From an uncultured virus (IMG/VR IMGVR_UViG_3300032326_002378) (taxonomy: Duplodnaviria; Heunggongvirae; Uroviricota; Caudoviricetes): 64,000 bases of DNA. The stretch is taken from IMG/VR virus record IMGVR_UViG_3300032326_002378; one strand, written 5' to 3'. The position numbers and the translations under genes were made by a program. This document shows, in pieces, positions 18,201-28,810 of this stretch (its first letter is position 1; each line of letters begins with the position of its first letter). The notes under the pieces were generated by a model that saw nothing but the letters and a program-made list of their open reading frames with translations, was not told the DNA's origin and made no database searches.

Positions 18201-21200
18201 CAGTAGGTGTAGGAGCAGCTTGGAAAAATACTTTAAAGAAATAATCTAAACTTGTATCGTTGTATACTTCATCCCATGAGCCATCAAGTTTGAATGCTCT
18301 TCCATTTGCAAATGGATTAGATAAATTACTTAATTTCCACTGAACTATAGAAATGCCAGACGATGCTAGTGTTTCTGTAATAACAATTGCATAAGTAGTA
18401 CCAGCTGTTGCAGTGTAAGTGAAGTCAAATGTTACAAAACTTGAGTTGACAATATCTTCTGGATTATAAATAGTACTTGAAACTGCTAATTGGCTTAATG
18501 GCAATCCAGATCCATTTACTGAATAAATATAAGCCCTGATTGTGTTTCCAGAAAAGGAAGTAGCATATCTACTATCTGAAGATAGTTCTGTCTTAACTTT
18601 AAGGTATACAGACGCTTTAACAAGATCGGTTTGTCCAACACCAACTTTGAAGGTCTGAGCTAAAGACCCACCAGTTGTAAGTGACACGCCAAGATTGACA
18701 TTGTTATTTGGTCTGCTGGTAAAGGAAACAGCTGGGGTAATTTCACCATTTTCAAAACCTGGCTCATACCATGTATCACCATCATCAATGCTATACCAAA
18801 ATCCGTCTTCTGTTGCTGCTAATAAAACTTGGTCAGATGTAATACTACTGGTAAATACTTTCAAATCATATACTGCATAAGAAGCTGAATTAATCTTCTC
18901 ACATCTTTCGAATGTATTCCCCTCATCAAGTGATCTATAGACACCATTATTAGTGCCAACAAATATTTTTGACTTACCAGGCTCACTTCCACCAGGAGAA
19001 GCTTCAGTGTCTAATGCATAGCAGTAACACGATATTCCACTCAAGAATGTTTTTTCAATTGTAAAATCAGGTGTTGCTGCGTCTGTTGGATCAAGCCATC
19101 GCCAGTTTCTAACCTTTAAAATACCATTGTTTGTAAGTATGAACATTGGTACCGGAGCTTTGGTAGATGGTGGTGTTGCAAGTGCTCTAAATGCTCTATA
19201 ATATTTATAGTCTTCAACCTTTCCACCAAACACTTCTCTGCCTTTTAAGAAAGCTGTCAAATTAGTTCCAGAAGTTGCACCATTAGTAACAGCAAACAAG
19301 CCATTTTCAGCACACACATAAAGTGCATCAACTTCAGTTTGTTTTGAATTACCCTGAGAGTCTGTAGTTATTTTTATAAACTTATCTTGATAAAGACCAT
19401 TTACTCTCTTTTTATCAACAAGAGTTAAGTGATCAGACTGGAATGTAGATGCACCTTGAGGAGTCCAAACAAAAGATAATCCATCTTCTTTTCCAAAAGC
19501 TTCATATGTTCCATTAAACCAACTTCCTCTTATATAATCGAATTGAGGTTGATTAAAAGTTACATCTTCAGTCCAACTAGAAGAAGCTGTGCCGTACCAA
19601 AGATTATTATCAGAACCAGCATTTAAAGTAGAACCATTACTCTTGATGTAGTAAACTCTTGAAGAATTACCCAAATCAGAAATTTGGTCCCATTTGTCTC
19701 CATATGCCCAAAGACCTTGATCAGTACCGGCAAGCATATTTGAGCCTGTAGCAGATGGATTGTATATAGAATAGATTGATTTAGGATTATTAGGCTTATC
19801 ATTTTCAGTTGGAATTAATCCAACATAGTCATATGAAATTGAATTAGTTGTATCAAATAATGCACTTGCATCAACATCAGAAACTAATGTCAAGTTTTTA
19901 AGACCAGTTTCTTTTTCAACAGTTTTTACAGAAATAGCTGGATATGGCTCAAATGTGTTTGGGTCATCTTTATATAATTTCAAAGCTGCATGAGACGTAT
20001 TAGCTACATCAACAGACTCATAGTAATAATGATGGCCTGATTGTTTCAATGAAATAAAATCTTGGATGCCAGCATACTTCTTAGTTCTTACTGCATAAAC
20101 TTCAGTATTAATAGGAAAAACTACAGAGCTTGTTCTAGGAATTATGTTATTGATATATCTTTTATTTCTTTCATCATAAACAATGCTAACAATCACTTGC
20201 TCAGAAATTGCTGGAGACACGGTATTGTTTCTAAACTCAAGAATGGTTAAAGCTGTATCTGTAATAGGTTTTTTAGTAAAGAATAAAGATTCAGAAGGTG
20301 AGTTTGATTTACTTAAGAGTGTAAGAGGATCAGCATCTGCCACTAAATCCCTGATGGCTTCTTCGTGATAAGTCTCTCCAATATTTGTTAAAAAGGCACC
20401 CTCTCTTACAATAGTAATAAAAACACTATTAATTTGAGATGCTTTAAGACTTTGAACAAATTGTATTTTGCCTAATGATGGAGTTAGGATATAAGGAATA
20501 TTGCTTGGATTTTTACCAATGTAAACTACTACCTTTGCATTAGTGTCAGACCAAGGATTTACATAAAAAACACTGTAGTCTCTTTCAAAAAATAAGTTTT
20601 TACCAAAATCTGCAGAAGAATTTAATTCAACTAATTGGTAAGGAAAGTGTGTTATAAAGTTATATTCTTGAACTTTATCTTGAGCATTGAATATAGACAC
20701 TTCATCAGTTTTTCTAAATGCAGTGTAAGGTCTGATCCAAGGATAGTACACATTGACATTTGGATTAGTTAAATACCAAATATAGTCAGTGGATACATAC
20801 ACTCCTCTATCAGTGCCAGCATATATTAAACCTAATCCAGAATCACTTGCTGCTTTTGAATAAACTGTATTTACTGCACCTTGAAGTGTAAAATCCCATT
20901 CTAAATCAACAAAAGATGGACTAACTCCTGGGCCAGTTGCATCAGTTACTAGTCCAATTCCTCTTGTGTGACCAATTAAATATTCATTAGAACCATTAAT
21001 ATTACGCTTTACAACGCTAGTAATTGTAGATCCTAAACCTGAAGTTGTGAATATTTTATATCTTGTTATTTTCCAATTTAATTCAGAAGTTCCATAAGTA
21101 ACAGCAGATGTATCTTTATCTAAAAACCATATACTGTCAGAGTTCTTGTTGCCATTTAATACTTTAAAATTGTCACCAGCAGATGGAACTGAGGAAACTC

Positions 21201-24200
21201 TTGTTAGTACCCAGTTTGCACTTGCACTTCCTAATGTGCTTACATAATAAACACCATTATGAACAGGATTGCTTTGATTTTTTACCAAAACTGTCTGCCC
21301 AACTCCAGTGCTAGCAAATGTATACCCATCTACCGCAAAAGCAGCATTTGGATACCTAATAATATAAGATGTTGAAGCTGTAGAACTACCAGCATAATTA
21401 CTTGATAAGAATAATCCAGTATCACTATTAATAGAATTGATTGAATACCAAGTAGAAACTAGTGAACCAAGTGTAGCTCCAATTCCAATGCTAGCGCCAG
21501 TACCAGAATAAATTAAAAAGCTTGTGCCTGTTCCTGTTATTATAGTAGATCCGCTTGATGCTGCAATAGTACCTAGCGTCTCTTCATCATAAGGTTCAAA
21601 GGTTAAAGTATGCGGAGAGGAAAGTGTGCTATATGAAGATGATAATTTAGCAACAGTAGCAGCCCTTACAGGAGTTGAAGTTATAGCTCCAGAAAGCGGA
21701 TGTTCCCAGTATGTAGTAGCGGTAGTGCCATCGTCAGTTTCAACATAACGTGCAGTATGAGTAATGTAGGCGTTTTGCTCAGTCCACCAAATTAAATCAT
21801 TATTATTGACATTATTTGTACCATTTTCAATCCAATAAATGCCCTTAACACCTTCATTGAATACTCTAGTAATTAATCCTGAATTGCCATAAAACAATCC
21901 CGTATTTCCTACAGCAGCGGCAGCATACAAGGTTCTGTCATAAGTGATTTTCAAGGAACCTTCTTTCTTTTCGGTTCTTCTTGTAGATATTTCTTTGACA
22001 TCAGAAATTGGCTTCACATAACTTAACGTGCTTCCATTTTCATCATAAATAGATTTGACCTTTGACCACGTCCAATCATTCTCAGTCATTTTATCTGCTA
22101 TGACTGCCGTGTAAAGACCATCATCTGTGCCATTGTAAGAATAATAAGAGTAGTTGTATTTACCTGTAAATCTACCAGCTTTATCATATATTTCTTCTCT
22201 GTCTGAAGAAATGAAGAATGAGGTAGTTTTAATTGAAGGTATTGTTGAGTCTATTGGATTTTTTACTACTGTCCAATTGTCACCAAAGTCTACTGTAGTC
22301 CATATTCTGCCTTCTTTTGTAACGGCATAAGCTGTCTTGAAGTAATTAACATTTTCTGGTCTTAAAATATTATCTATAAAATATTTGACCTGCCCTCTAT
22401 CAATGTTCCAGCCAGTTAAATAAGTACCAGTTGAAAGATCTGTAGAGGATAGAAAACCTCTTTTATTGCCAACTAAATATTTGTTTGTTTCTACATTCAA
22501 AGATTTTTCAATGTAAAAAACTTCAGACGTGTTTTGCAAATCAGAAGACGGTATTTCAGTGTAGAAATAAGTGTGATTACCTTCTGGAAATAATCTTTTA
22601 GATGGAATTAAAGAAGCTTGTTCTTTGTATCTATTTAAGCCTATATGATCTAAATTATATATTCTTTTAGGATCTAATGTTCCAGCATTAAAAGAAGCAG
22701 CATTGATATCCTTTAACCTTTTTCCAGAAAGCTTGTCATCAATTTCTCTTCCAACTGCTTCAATAATTACACTTACATCAGAATAATCAAATGTTTCCAA
22801 ATCAATCAAAGAAGATTTAAAAGAAAGTTCAGCAGCAAATGGTTTTATCTCATAATAATCACTATCTATAAGAGTGTCATTTATATACACTGAAGCTGGA
22901 AGATAATCTGCATCTGACCAAATTGTTCTATTCAGGTAAGTTGTTTTTGTGTTGGTATTTGGATCTGTTATGGTTGTAGTAGAACCGTCAGACAGATAAA
23001 TACTATAACCTGCAACGATGTTTCCAGTAAGAGAAGTACCGTAAGATTTGTTAGAAGAATTAAGTGTAATTGCTTGTAAGGCTTTTTGTGGAGACTTTGG
23101 CAAAAACACCTGAAGCTTATCAGTTGAAAGAATATTATTCTTTAAGGAAAGTCTTGAAGAAGATAGATTTAAACTATATTGTGATGGGTCAAGCTTTACA
23201 TTGTTAAGTCTTACTTCAGGAATGCCATAGAATCCAATTGTTCTACCAGTTCCAGAAGAACCTGAAGTAGGCTTAAATGCATCATTTGATTGTATGACAA
23301 ATATATTTGAAGCATAATTTAAAGAACCGTTTGATTCTATTGGTAGAGCGTCTAGAACCACTCTTGTAGATAAATCTATTTTTGATGGATTATTCTCTCC
23401 CCCAGCATGAACGTGCTTGTAAAAACTTTTTCTTAAAGCTTTTTGAAATGAACCAGAAAAGTTTTTCAAATCATTTCTGCTATCACCATAAGTAATCTCA
23501 TCAACTACAAATGTGTTCAATTGGATAGAATAATCTGTATCAACTTTATTGAAAGTGCTAACCTCAGCTAAATATATTGCATCATTTTGCAAGTAATATT
23601 CATCATCAGGTATTGAAGGAGAAGTGATAGCACAAATACCTTCAGATTGCAAACAAATACTTGGTTCTGCCCATACATAATAAGTATTGTTTCCGGTATA
23701 TCTAAAGTAATTATATTTTAATGTTTTTGCAGAGAATGTACTTACAATTCCATTACCTGGAGTTACTAAAACACATTGCTCAAATGCATCAATAAAATAA
23801 AGATTTGAGGTTCCTAAAATAAAACTTGTTTCTGCTCCAGATGCTTTCCAAGAAGCAAGCCATAGAGTTTGTTTATATAAGTTGCCAGTTTTTACATAAA
23901 CTAGAAAATTAGAATTAAAATCATTATTGTTGTTAAGTTCAGCAGCTCTTGTCCATGTAGAAGCACTAACTACATAAACTCCATTATCACTTTCATCACT
24001 TTGTAATCTTACTAAAACTCTGTCTCCAACAACACACTCAACTCCATCAATTGTCTGAGTGCCTGAAAGTGTAATATTTGCTGTTGTCGCAGCTACACAA
24101 TATCTTTTTTGGGTTGCAGTCTCACGGGCAAAGTTAAGATTTAAATAAGTAAGTCTTTGTCCTAATTCGCTTTCAAAGTTTTCTAAATATGCATTGATAA

Positions 24201-24393
24201 GGAGTAATTGGTTTTCTCTATAATCAGAAAGCTTGTAAACATCCCAACCTTCAATAATTCCTGGCCCAACAAACTTAAACATTGCTTCAAGCTGATTTTC
24301 AGCGGTAAGCATATTCTCTTTGTCATAACCTGGATACCATTTATCTCCATATTGAAGATATAGATAATTATATATATTTGTTCGTTGGGCCAT
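15223..24393 (-). CDS. Giant multidomain virion/tail protein (3056 aa)
   Basis: Tail-fibre-type ATTANITLSGTQTIDGV..DRVLV..NGVY domain, Asp-box motifs (SLDEGNTF, SIDDGDTW), vWA motifs (DDSTS, ADGD, TFGFG), repeated V.NG..Y.V...G.VTF modules. Confidence 0.75.
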   Translation of the reverse strand: MAQRTNIYNYLYLQYGDKWYPGYDKENMLTAENQLEAMFKFVGPGIIEGWDVYKLSDYRENQLLLINAYLENFESELGQRLTYLNLNFARETATQKRYCVAATTANITLSGTQTIDGVECVVGDRVLVRLQSDESDNGVYVVSASTWTRAAELNNNNDFNSNFLVYVKTGNLYKQTLWLASWKASGAETSFILGTSNLYFIDAFEQCVLVTPGNGIVSTFSAKTLKYNYFRYTGNNTYYVWAEPSICLQSEGICAITSPSIPDDEYYLQNDAIYLAEVSTFNKVDTDYSIQLNTFVVDEITYGDSRNDLKNFSGSFQKALRKSFYKHVHAGGENNPSKIDLSTRVVLDALPIESNGSLNYASNIFVIQSNDAFKPTSGSSGTGRTIGFYGIPEVRLNNVKLDPSQYSLNLSSSRLSLKNNILSTDKLQVFLPKSPQKALQAITLNSSNKSYGTSLTGNIVAGYSIYLSDGSTTTITDPNTNTKTTYLNRTIWSDADYLPASVYINDTLIDSDYYEIKPFAAELSFKSSLIDLETFDYSDVSVIIEAVGREIDDKLSGKRLKDINAASFNAGTLDPKRIYNLDHIGLNRYKEQASLIPSKRLFPEGNHTYFYTEIPSSDLQNTSEVFYIEKSLNVETNKYLVGNKRGFLSSTDLSTGTYLTGWNIDRGQVKYFIDNILRPENVNYFKTAYAVTKEGRIWTTVDFGDNWTVVKNPIDSTIPSIKTTSFFISSDREEIYDKAGRFTGKYNYSYYSYNGTDDGLYTAVIADKMTENDWTWSKVKSIYDENGSTLSYVKPISDVKEISTRRTEKKEGSLKITYDRTLYAAAAVGNTGLFYGNSGLITRVFNEGVKGIYWIENGTNNVNNNDLIWWTEQNAYITHTARYVETDDGTTATTYWEHPLSGAITSTPVRAATVAKLSSSYSTLSSPHTLTFEPYDEETLGTIAASSGSTIITGTGTSFLIYSGTGASIGIGATLGSLVSTWYSINSINSDTGLFLSSNYAGSSTASTSYIIRYPNAAFAVDGYTFASTGVGQTVLVKNQSNPVHNGVYYVSTLGSASANWVLTRVSSVPSAGDNFKVLNGNKNSDSIWFLDKDTSAVTYGTSELNWKITRYKIFTTSGLGSTITSVVKRNINGSNEYLIGHTRGIGLVTDATGPGVSPSFVDLEWDFTLQGAVNTVYSKAASDSGLGLIYAGTDRGVYVSTDYIWYLTNPNVNVYYPWIRPYTAFRKTDEVSIFNAQDKVQEYNFITHFPYQLVELNSSADFGKNLFFERDYSVFYVNPWSDTNAKVVVYIGKNPSNIPYILTPSLGKIQFVQSLKASQINSVFITIVREGAFLTNIGETYHEEAIRDLVADADPLTLLSKSNSPSESLFFTKKPITDTALTILEFRNNTVSPAISEQVIVSIVYDERNKRYINNIIPRTSSVVFPINTEVYAVRTKKYAGIQDFISLKQSGHHYYYESVDVANTSHAALKLYKDDPNTFEPYPAISVKTVEKETGLKNLTLVSDVDASALFDTTNSISYDYVGLIPTENDKPNNPKSIYSIYNPSATGSNMLAGTDQGLWAYGDKWDQISDLGNSSRVYYIKSNGSTLNAGSDNNLWYGTASSSWTEDVTFNQPQFDYIRGSWFNGTYEAFGKEDGLSFVWTPQGASTFQSDHLTLVDKKRVNGLYQDKFIKITTDSQGNSKQTEVDALYVCAENGLFAVTNGATSGTNLTAFLKGREVFGGKVEDYKYYRAFRALATPPSTKAPVPMFILTNNGILKVRNWRWLDPTDAATPDFTIEKTFLSGISCYCYALDTEASPGGSEPGKSKIFVGTNNGVYRSLDEGNTFERCEKINSASYAVYDLKVFTSSITSDQVLLAATEDGFWYSIDDGDTWYEPGFENGEITPAVSFTSRPNNNVNLGVSLTTGGSLAQTFKVGVGQTDLVKASVYLKVKTELSSDSRYATSFSGNTIRAYIYSVNGSGLPLSQLAVSSTIYNPEDIVNSSFVTFDFTYTATAGTTYAIVITETLASSGISIVQWKLSNLSNPFANGRAFKLDGSWDEVYNDTSLDYFFKVFFQAAPTPTDTPIPVGAYYSGSGSTSYDWANGTGSGVLIKDIGHLTTDLKFATSLVFDDSTSIKSSIGSTQYVYTVKDFFDTFITRNKKYVAGLSTFLFTTYFDFWQFGSSVTQKTAGYDNSQTELNTNLLSLKQKGTKSELLEAVALSIVGLSPQSISESILKANDETNNVSRVNLIVGYLSQIGALGLNSLRDWYQTSSDKQVTLQIWSGSDETDATVYLSKSSTGGTYKWASSTYPDVEVMVNGVTRTSNYTVSSTNGSVTFASGYELTSGDSLEVYLRQDWDGTSSDIKNSDTARTELIRKWSETYKPLSMVFADGDNISTDLASDIVTSAQTSWLETGVNINTFGFGRANDQRELQTLSVDTNGNYFDILNGEDNGDLESSLSSFLHGQANDLYTASWTRDFEYNDPVYIKELHSSYSAASGSTCSVQFRWSNNRKDYSSWITLNSGVGYTFRKQITNLEYKINMTEGYSAGSTIRPLVSSLYHIETSPSERYYFTDVYDVKGSIFEYNLTSNSTVPDTSKLQWGICRGDSTDWADYELIFTDRNGCLSNRQKTFQYLDEVVYNSENGLLLQDTTGLDEQGAPVTPQVFQTFLNGTKFRNWRSDAVITLKLASGDVISSITYKTDYKLGTITFEIPLFELPSVEIVYPELQNFYEGEPTTTVDNRTYFSVNGRWPADSQLVVLKNGVINRGNYFVNREDGAVTFVQELERTDIVTFFILPSNKFRIGLLVQDYDDDVANTYDFALQYSVVKNRDVFSSYLNSTLPNLTGKPKITSMSSIGSSISVSERMILDYEYNSPDGNRERNTQTKWFRYRVISGSGSTVEVFSTNSLPNYRNRTVQRLEDLDEANNYFLAGDVIYAEVSPSDGFKTGIAVTSTSVILAGNFIPYAANVVLTSSDPTKPITLDSSTLIYSMPVGPNIVLTYDYYDGSSGSPTTVNNQTALAWFDKDKQISISEPSTTLDASLFKAGSQISVSLLPSNGANTGLKVFSYQVQIV

Positions 24394-24395
24394 AA

Positions 24396-27300
24396 TTACA
24401 ATTCGGGCATAAAGTTCATATCTTCATCGCCAGCATCAAGTTGAACAGCAAAGTCATAAACTATTGAAGGATCGCCATCAATTGAGGTTAATAAGATAGC
24501 AAACTTGATTGTGGAAGAAGGTGTTTCAAGTTCAAATGACTTATTAGGTTCGATGATTGTGTATCTAGCAAAATCATACTTGTAACCATCTCTGTCATCA
24601 GTTGTATACCCATAAACAATTTCTCCATCCTTCTTGTCTTGATTAGATGTTAACAAGCCTCTTCTAAAAGTAGGTACAGGAGATGTTGTACTGTAATCTG
24701 CAGAATCAAATGTCTTGGTAAAGAAATATGAGCCTGTTGCTGCTGAATAAGAAACAGTGACTGCTAAAACCTCTGGAGAATCACCTTGAGTTGCAGTTAC
24801 AAGTTCAAGATAGAATTGTAAGAACTTTCCACTGTAAGCTTGTAGATCTATACTCAGGGTCTCTGCTGAGGCTGGAGCAGTAGAATTATTAATGTAAGAT
24901 TTTGAATATGCAGTTGACCATTCAGCAGTTAAACATGCAGATGCAGAATCAGCTGTTCTTACATAAACATTAACTTCAGTTCCAGCATCTAATCCAAGAG
25001 CAGTATTTAGGTTGTATTTATTTAATACCAAGACAGACATTGTGTCCCATCTAGTCAATGTTGGGACATAGAATGGTCTACTGACATAATTACCAGTAGA
25101 TCTAACTTTTCTCTTAGGTGAATAAATAGTATCTAATGTTCCAGACTTATAAGTGATAGGGTCAACTGTAGAACTCATAGTTGGTTTGACTTGATAGATT
25201 ACTGTAGTTGTTTTAGTGGTAGATGTGGTTCCACCACCACCACCCTCTGCAGGATTGATATTTAAAGTACCTGTGTAAACTTCATCATCTAGTGTAGCTG
25301 TTACAGTTGTGCTTGTTATTGTACTTGCAATTGTTGATGGAACTGTAATTGTAAATGGATCAGAAGATCTTAAACCTGCTGCTACAGTAACATTTGTAAC
25401 TGCAGATGTTGAATTACCATCAGTTGTTATTGCAAATACTGAAGTAGTTGTTTTAGCTTCTGCAATTGTTAAGGTTGCTTCAGAAGTGTTGCCTACAGTG
25501 ACAGTTGCAGGAGTAAATGTAATTTTACCCGTTCCAGGCGGTGGTGGATCTCCTCCACTACCTTGTTCTTCAGCACCAAGAATAATAAAGTCATCTAAAG
25601 ATGCATAAGGAATACTTCCATCTTCAAGTTGATAATTATGATAGTTTCCAGCTTCATCTTTTAATCTTACATAAGTGTATTTTTTATTACTCTCATAAAA
25701 AGTTGGGTCAAAAGTATATGAGAAACCATCTAGAGAAGACGCAACATAACTATTTACAACATTGGAAATTGAAGTAATGTTTGTTGGTCTGTAAATTACA
25801 CTGCTTGGTATTATTACCTCAGGGTTAGCATCAGAAGAGTTATCTTTCCACAATAGGCTAAATGTAGGTGTAATTCCTCCTGATATTTCCTTGACAGCTA
25901 GTTCTAATTTTACTTTATATAATTCATCTTCAACAAACTCTAAAGTGCTAGTAGAATAATAATTTGTCGTAGTATTTGAAGTTATATTACTTTCTGTTGT
26001 CCATAGTGAAGCTGGAGTTAAAACAGTATTTCCAACTATGAGCCTTGCTGGAGAATTAGTTCTTAAAAGAAATTGATAATTTGTGGTGCTAGGAGATTTA
26101 ATTGAAAAATCTAAAGTAGCAGTATAGTAAGACGATCCAATTCCTGATGGTTTTAACGAATTGAAGTTTACATTGCTTAATGAACTTTGAAGAGTCTGTC
26201 TTTGAATAAAAGAAAAGTCTCTATCATTTTTATAATCTGTAGAACCTGCTGTAGCAAATTGTTTGTAAGTAAGATTTGAAAAAGTTTCTGTATTTTTAGG
26301 GAAAACGCCTTCATACCATGCATCAATATTTTTGACGTAAACATGGAAGCTTTCGGATAATGACACAAACAAAAACTTACCTGAAGCATCATCACTTATA
26401 TTTGTAATTTTAAAATCTGATCCAAACTCATTTAAAGTAGCTAAAGTTGATGGATTAGAATTAGAATCATATGTCAATTTGTAAACAGTGCCGTTGCTAA
26501 ACCCTGCTACAATAGTATCAAGTGCTGTGGAGTAAACCATAGCCAAGGTTTCATCTACAACTGGAGTGCTGATGCTATTGATATCAGTACCATCGTAAGT
26601 ATAGATATTGCCTTCTTCGCTATCAAGTAATCCAGATGTAGCAACATATAATAGACCCTTATTTGTAGCTAGAAATGACACTTTATTTTCAGTAAAAGAA
26701 TTAGATACTAAAACTATTCTTTTGTCTTGATATTTATATAAAGAAGCATTTTTTGATGTTGTCTTTTTTGTGCCAATATATAAAGAACCTGCATAAGAAA
26801 CCAATGCTGTAATTGGTGGTAGTAAAACTCTAGAAGATGAATCTAATGGATTTTTGGTATTAACAATTGTCCAATAATCGCCTCTAGAAGATTGTAGTAA
26901 ATAACCAAGTCTAGTTCCAGCATAAATTACAGAATTATGAACAGCAGTACATAAAATTGTGTCACCTGTTGCTAAAGATGTGTTAGTGGCATTTCTTATT
27001 GTTGAGCCTTGTGAAACATTTATTTCATTATCGCCAAAAATTGCTGCTTGACTTGATGAAGGTGCTGTTAATAGTTTAGGTTGCCCATAATTTATTCCAG
27101 TATGCTTTTGCCATAATCCAGCTTCGTTTGTGATGTTCCAATCGTATACTGTTGACCCTTCTGTAAAAGGTGCCCATCCTCTTGTATTTGATCCTGCAAA
27201 ATCATCTGCATCTCTAAAATCTGAGAAATGAGAAACTTGAACTTCAGTTACATCGGACCAATCATCAATGCCAGCAATAGTAAGAGTGCCGCCATTTCTT

Positions 27301-28805
27301 TGTAACGTATTGTAATCGCCCTTGTAAACCACTCTGATATTTGAAAGTCTAAGAGATGTTGTAAACTTATATCTAATAAAATCTGTAGTAGTTACATCAG
27401 AAACATTAATAAATAATGTTTGCCATTTAGCTGTTGGACTTGTTTTAACTTCTACACTATAATTTTTTGATACAGATGAAGTGACACCAACATCAATTGA
27501 ACTTACTAATGGATATAAATAAGTTTGACTATCGGGTGTGAAGTACATATTTAAGATGTATGCATCACCTGATCCAATTCTTTCATATCTAGAAATATTA
27601 GAAGATCCACCAAAATTAGTTGCTTCGTAAAGATTCTTGCCCAAAATATCTTGAGCCATTATAGTATTAGATATTGCAGAACCATCTTTAAACGAACTTA
27701 CAAAACCAAGATATCCAATTTGTTTTGTAGTAAGTCTTCTCCAAACATTACTTTCAAAAACAGCGTAACTATAATCATCGCTTGCCTTTACTGGTATCTT
27801 GATGTTTCCACTTGAGGTTACACCAGATTTTACAATTGTTTCAAAAGATAAAACAATCCAATAAATTGTTTGTGCATCTAAGGTAATTGGTAAAGAAGGA
27901 CTAATTGTGAAATCTTGATAGGACGCAGTTAACTGATCGTATTGAATAAAACCAATATCTTTAATTTTATTATTTGGAATATCTCCAGTAGTGTTAGAAT
28001 ATAAAGAAACTGTAACTCTACCAGCTGTGTTACCAATAGCGGGATCAGCACCATTTTGAGTATATTTCATCCTCAAAATAAAAGACTTAACTACTTGGCT
28101 TGTGCTTGATAAAAATTGCCAACCTTCAACTGCTGCAGATGTAAGTAATAAAGTTCTATCTGTAAAACCACTAGTGCTTGTATCTACAGGAGCATAAGCC
28201 GAGAATGTTCTTACTTCGATACCATCGTCTGAATTAACTTTATCATTGATAATAATCAAGCCATCTGGAGGTGTAGTATCCAATATAACCTCAGCAGATG
28301 GGTATGACAATTCTCTTTTAAATATGTCGGTATCATCACTGAAAAATGTATTTGAGTTTCCAATATTTTGCTCACCAGAATCAAGTGAGTTATTCCAATC
28401 AACAGCATCAAAATAAAGCGGATCATATTCACTTACATTATTAGTGATATCGATTGCATTAAAACTACTAATGGCTGTTGTGTCAGTATCAGTTAAATTA
28501 CCGCTAAAATATTTGATAGTAACAACGTCATTAGAATTGATTTTTACATAGGTTTTGAGTCTTACTGTTGATTGTTCTACTTCGCTTCCAGTAGGGTTCA
28601 ATACACTTGCGGATTTGACGCTTACTATTACATCATTGACATAAATACGGAAACCTGTAATTCCTGTAGATGGAAGTAATGGCAAGGTTACAACACCAGA
28701 TAAAGCTACATAAATTGTATATCCATCTGAAAGTACATAGGTATTGGCAGTATCTAATGTAACTGTAAATGCCTTAAAATCTTGGCTTGAGTTGTTGTCT
28801 TCCAT
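24396..28805 (-). CDS. Large virion protein with beta-propeller, PA14-like and Ig-like domains (1469 aa)
   Basis: Propeller blades (LVSYAGSLYIGT, KGLLYVAT), PA14-like segment ~25790-26180, DTTPP and LKDEAGN Ig-type motifs. Confidence 0.7.
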   Translation of the reverse strand: MEDNNSSQDFKAFTVTLDTANTYVLSDGYTIYVALSGVVTLPLLPSTGITGFRIYVNDVIVSVKSASVLNPTGSEVEQSTVRLKTYVKINSNDVVTIKYFSGNLTDTDTTAISSFNAIDITNNVSEYDPLYFDAVDWNNSLDSGEQNIGNSNTFFSDDTDIFKRELSYPSAEVILDTTPPDGLIIINDKVNSDDGIEVRTFSAYAPVDTSTSGFTDRTLLLTSAAVEGWQFLSSTSQVVKSFILRMKYTQNGADPAIGNTAGRVTVSLYSNTTGDIPNNKIKDIGFIQYDQLTASYQDFTISPSLPITLDAQTIYWIVLSFETIVKSGVTSSGNIKIPVKASDDYSYAVFESNVWRRLTTKQIGYLGFVSSFKDGSAISNTIMAQDILGKNLYEATNFGGSSNISRYERIGSGDAYILNMYFTPDSQTYLYPLVSSIDVGVTSSVSKNYSVEVKTSPTAKWQTLFINVSDVTTTDFIRYKFTTSLRLSNIRVVYKGDYNTLQRNGGTLTIAGIDDWSDVTEVQVSHFSDFRDADDFAGSNTRGWAPFTEGSTVYDWNITNEAGLWQKHTGINYGQPKLLTAPSSSQAAIFGDNEINVSQGSTIRNATNTSLATGDTILCTAVHNSVIYAGTRLGYLLQSSRGDYWTIVNTKNPLDSSSRVLLPPITALVSYAGSLYIGTKKTTSKNASLYKYQDKRIVLVSNSFTENKVSFLATNKGLLYVATSGLLDSEEGNIYTYDGTDINSISTPVVDETLAMVYSTALDTIVAGFSNGTVYKLTYDSNSNPSTLATLNEFGSDFKITNISDDASGKFLFVSLSESFHVYVKNIDAWYEGVFPKNTETFSNLTYKQFATAGSTDYKNDRDFSFIQRQTLQSSLSNVNFNSLKPSGIGSSYYTATLDFSIKSPSTTNYQFLLRTNSPARLIVGNTVLTPASLWTTESNITSNTTTNYYSTSTLEFVEDELYKVKLELAVKEISGGITPTFSLLWKDNSSDANPEVIIPSSVIYRPTNITSISNVVNSYVASSLDGFSYTFDPTFYESNKKYTYVRLKDEAGNYHNYQLEDGSIPYASLDDFIILGAEEQGSGGDPPPPGTGKITFTPATVTVGNTSEATLTIAEAKTTTSVFAITTDGNSTSAVTNVTVAAGLRSSDPFTITVPSTIASTITSTTVTATLDDEVYTGTLNINPAEGGGGGTTSTTKTTTVIYQVKPTMSSTVDPITYKSGTLDTIYSPKRKVRSTGNYVSRPFYVPTLTRWDTMSVLVLNKYNLNTALGLDAGTEVNVYVRTADSASACLTAEWSTAYSKSYINNSTAPASAETLSIDLQAYSGKFLQFYLELVTATQGDSPEVLAVTVSYSAATGSYFFTKTFDSADYSTTSPVPTFRRGLLTSNQDKKDGEIVYGYTTDDRDGYKYDFARYTIIEPNKSFELETPSSTIKFAILLTSIDGDPSIVYDFAVQLDAGDEDMNFMPEL

Positions 28806-28810
28806 TATGC

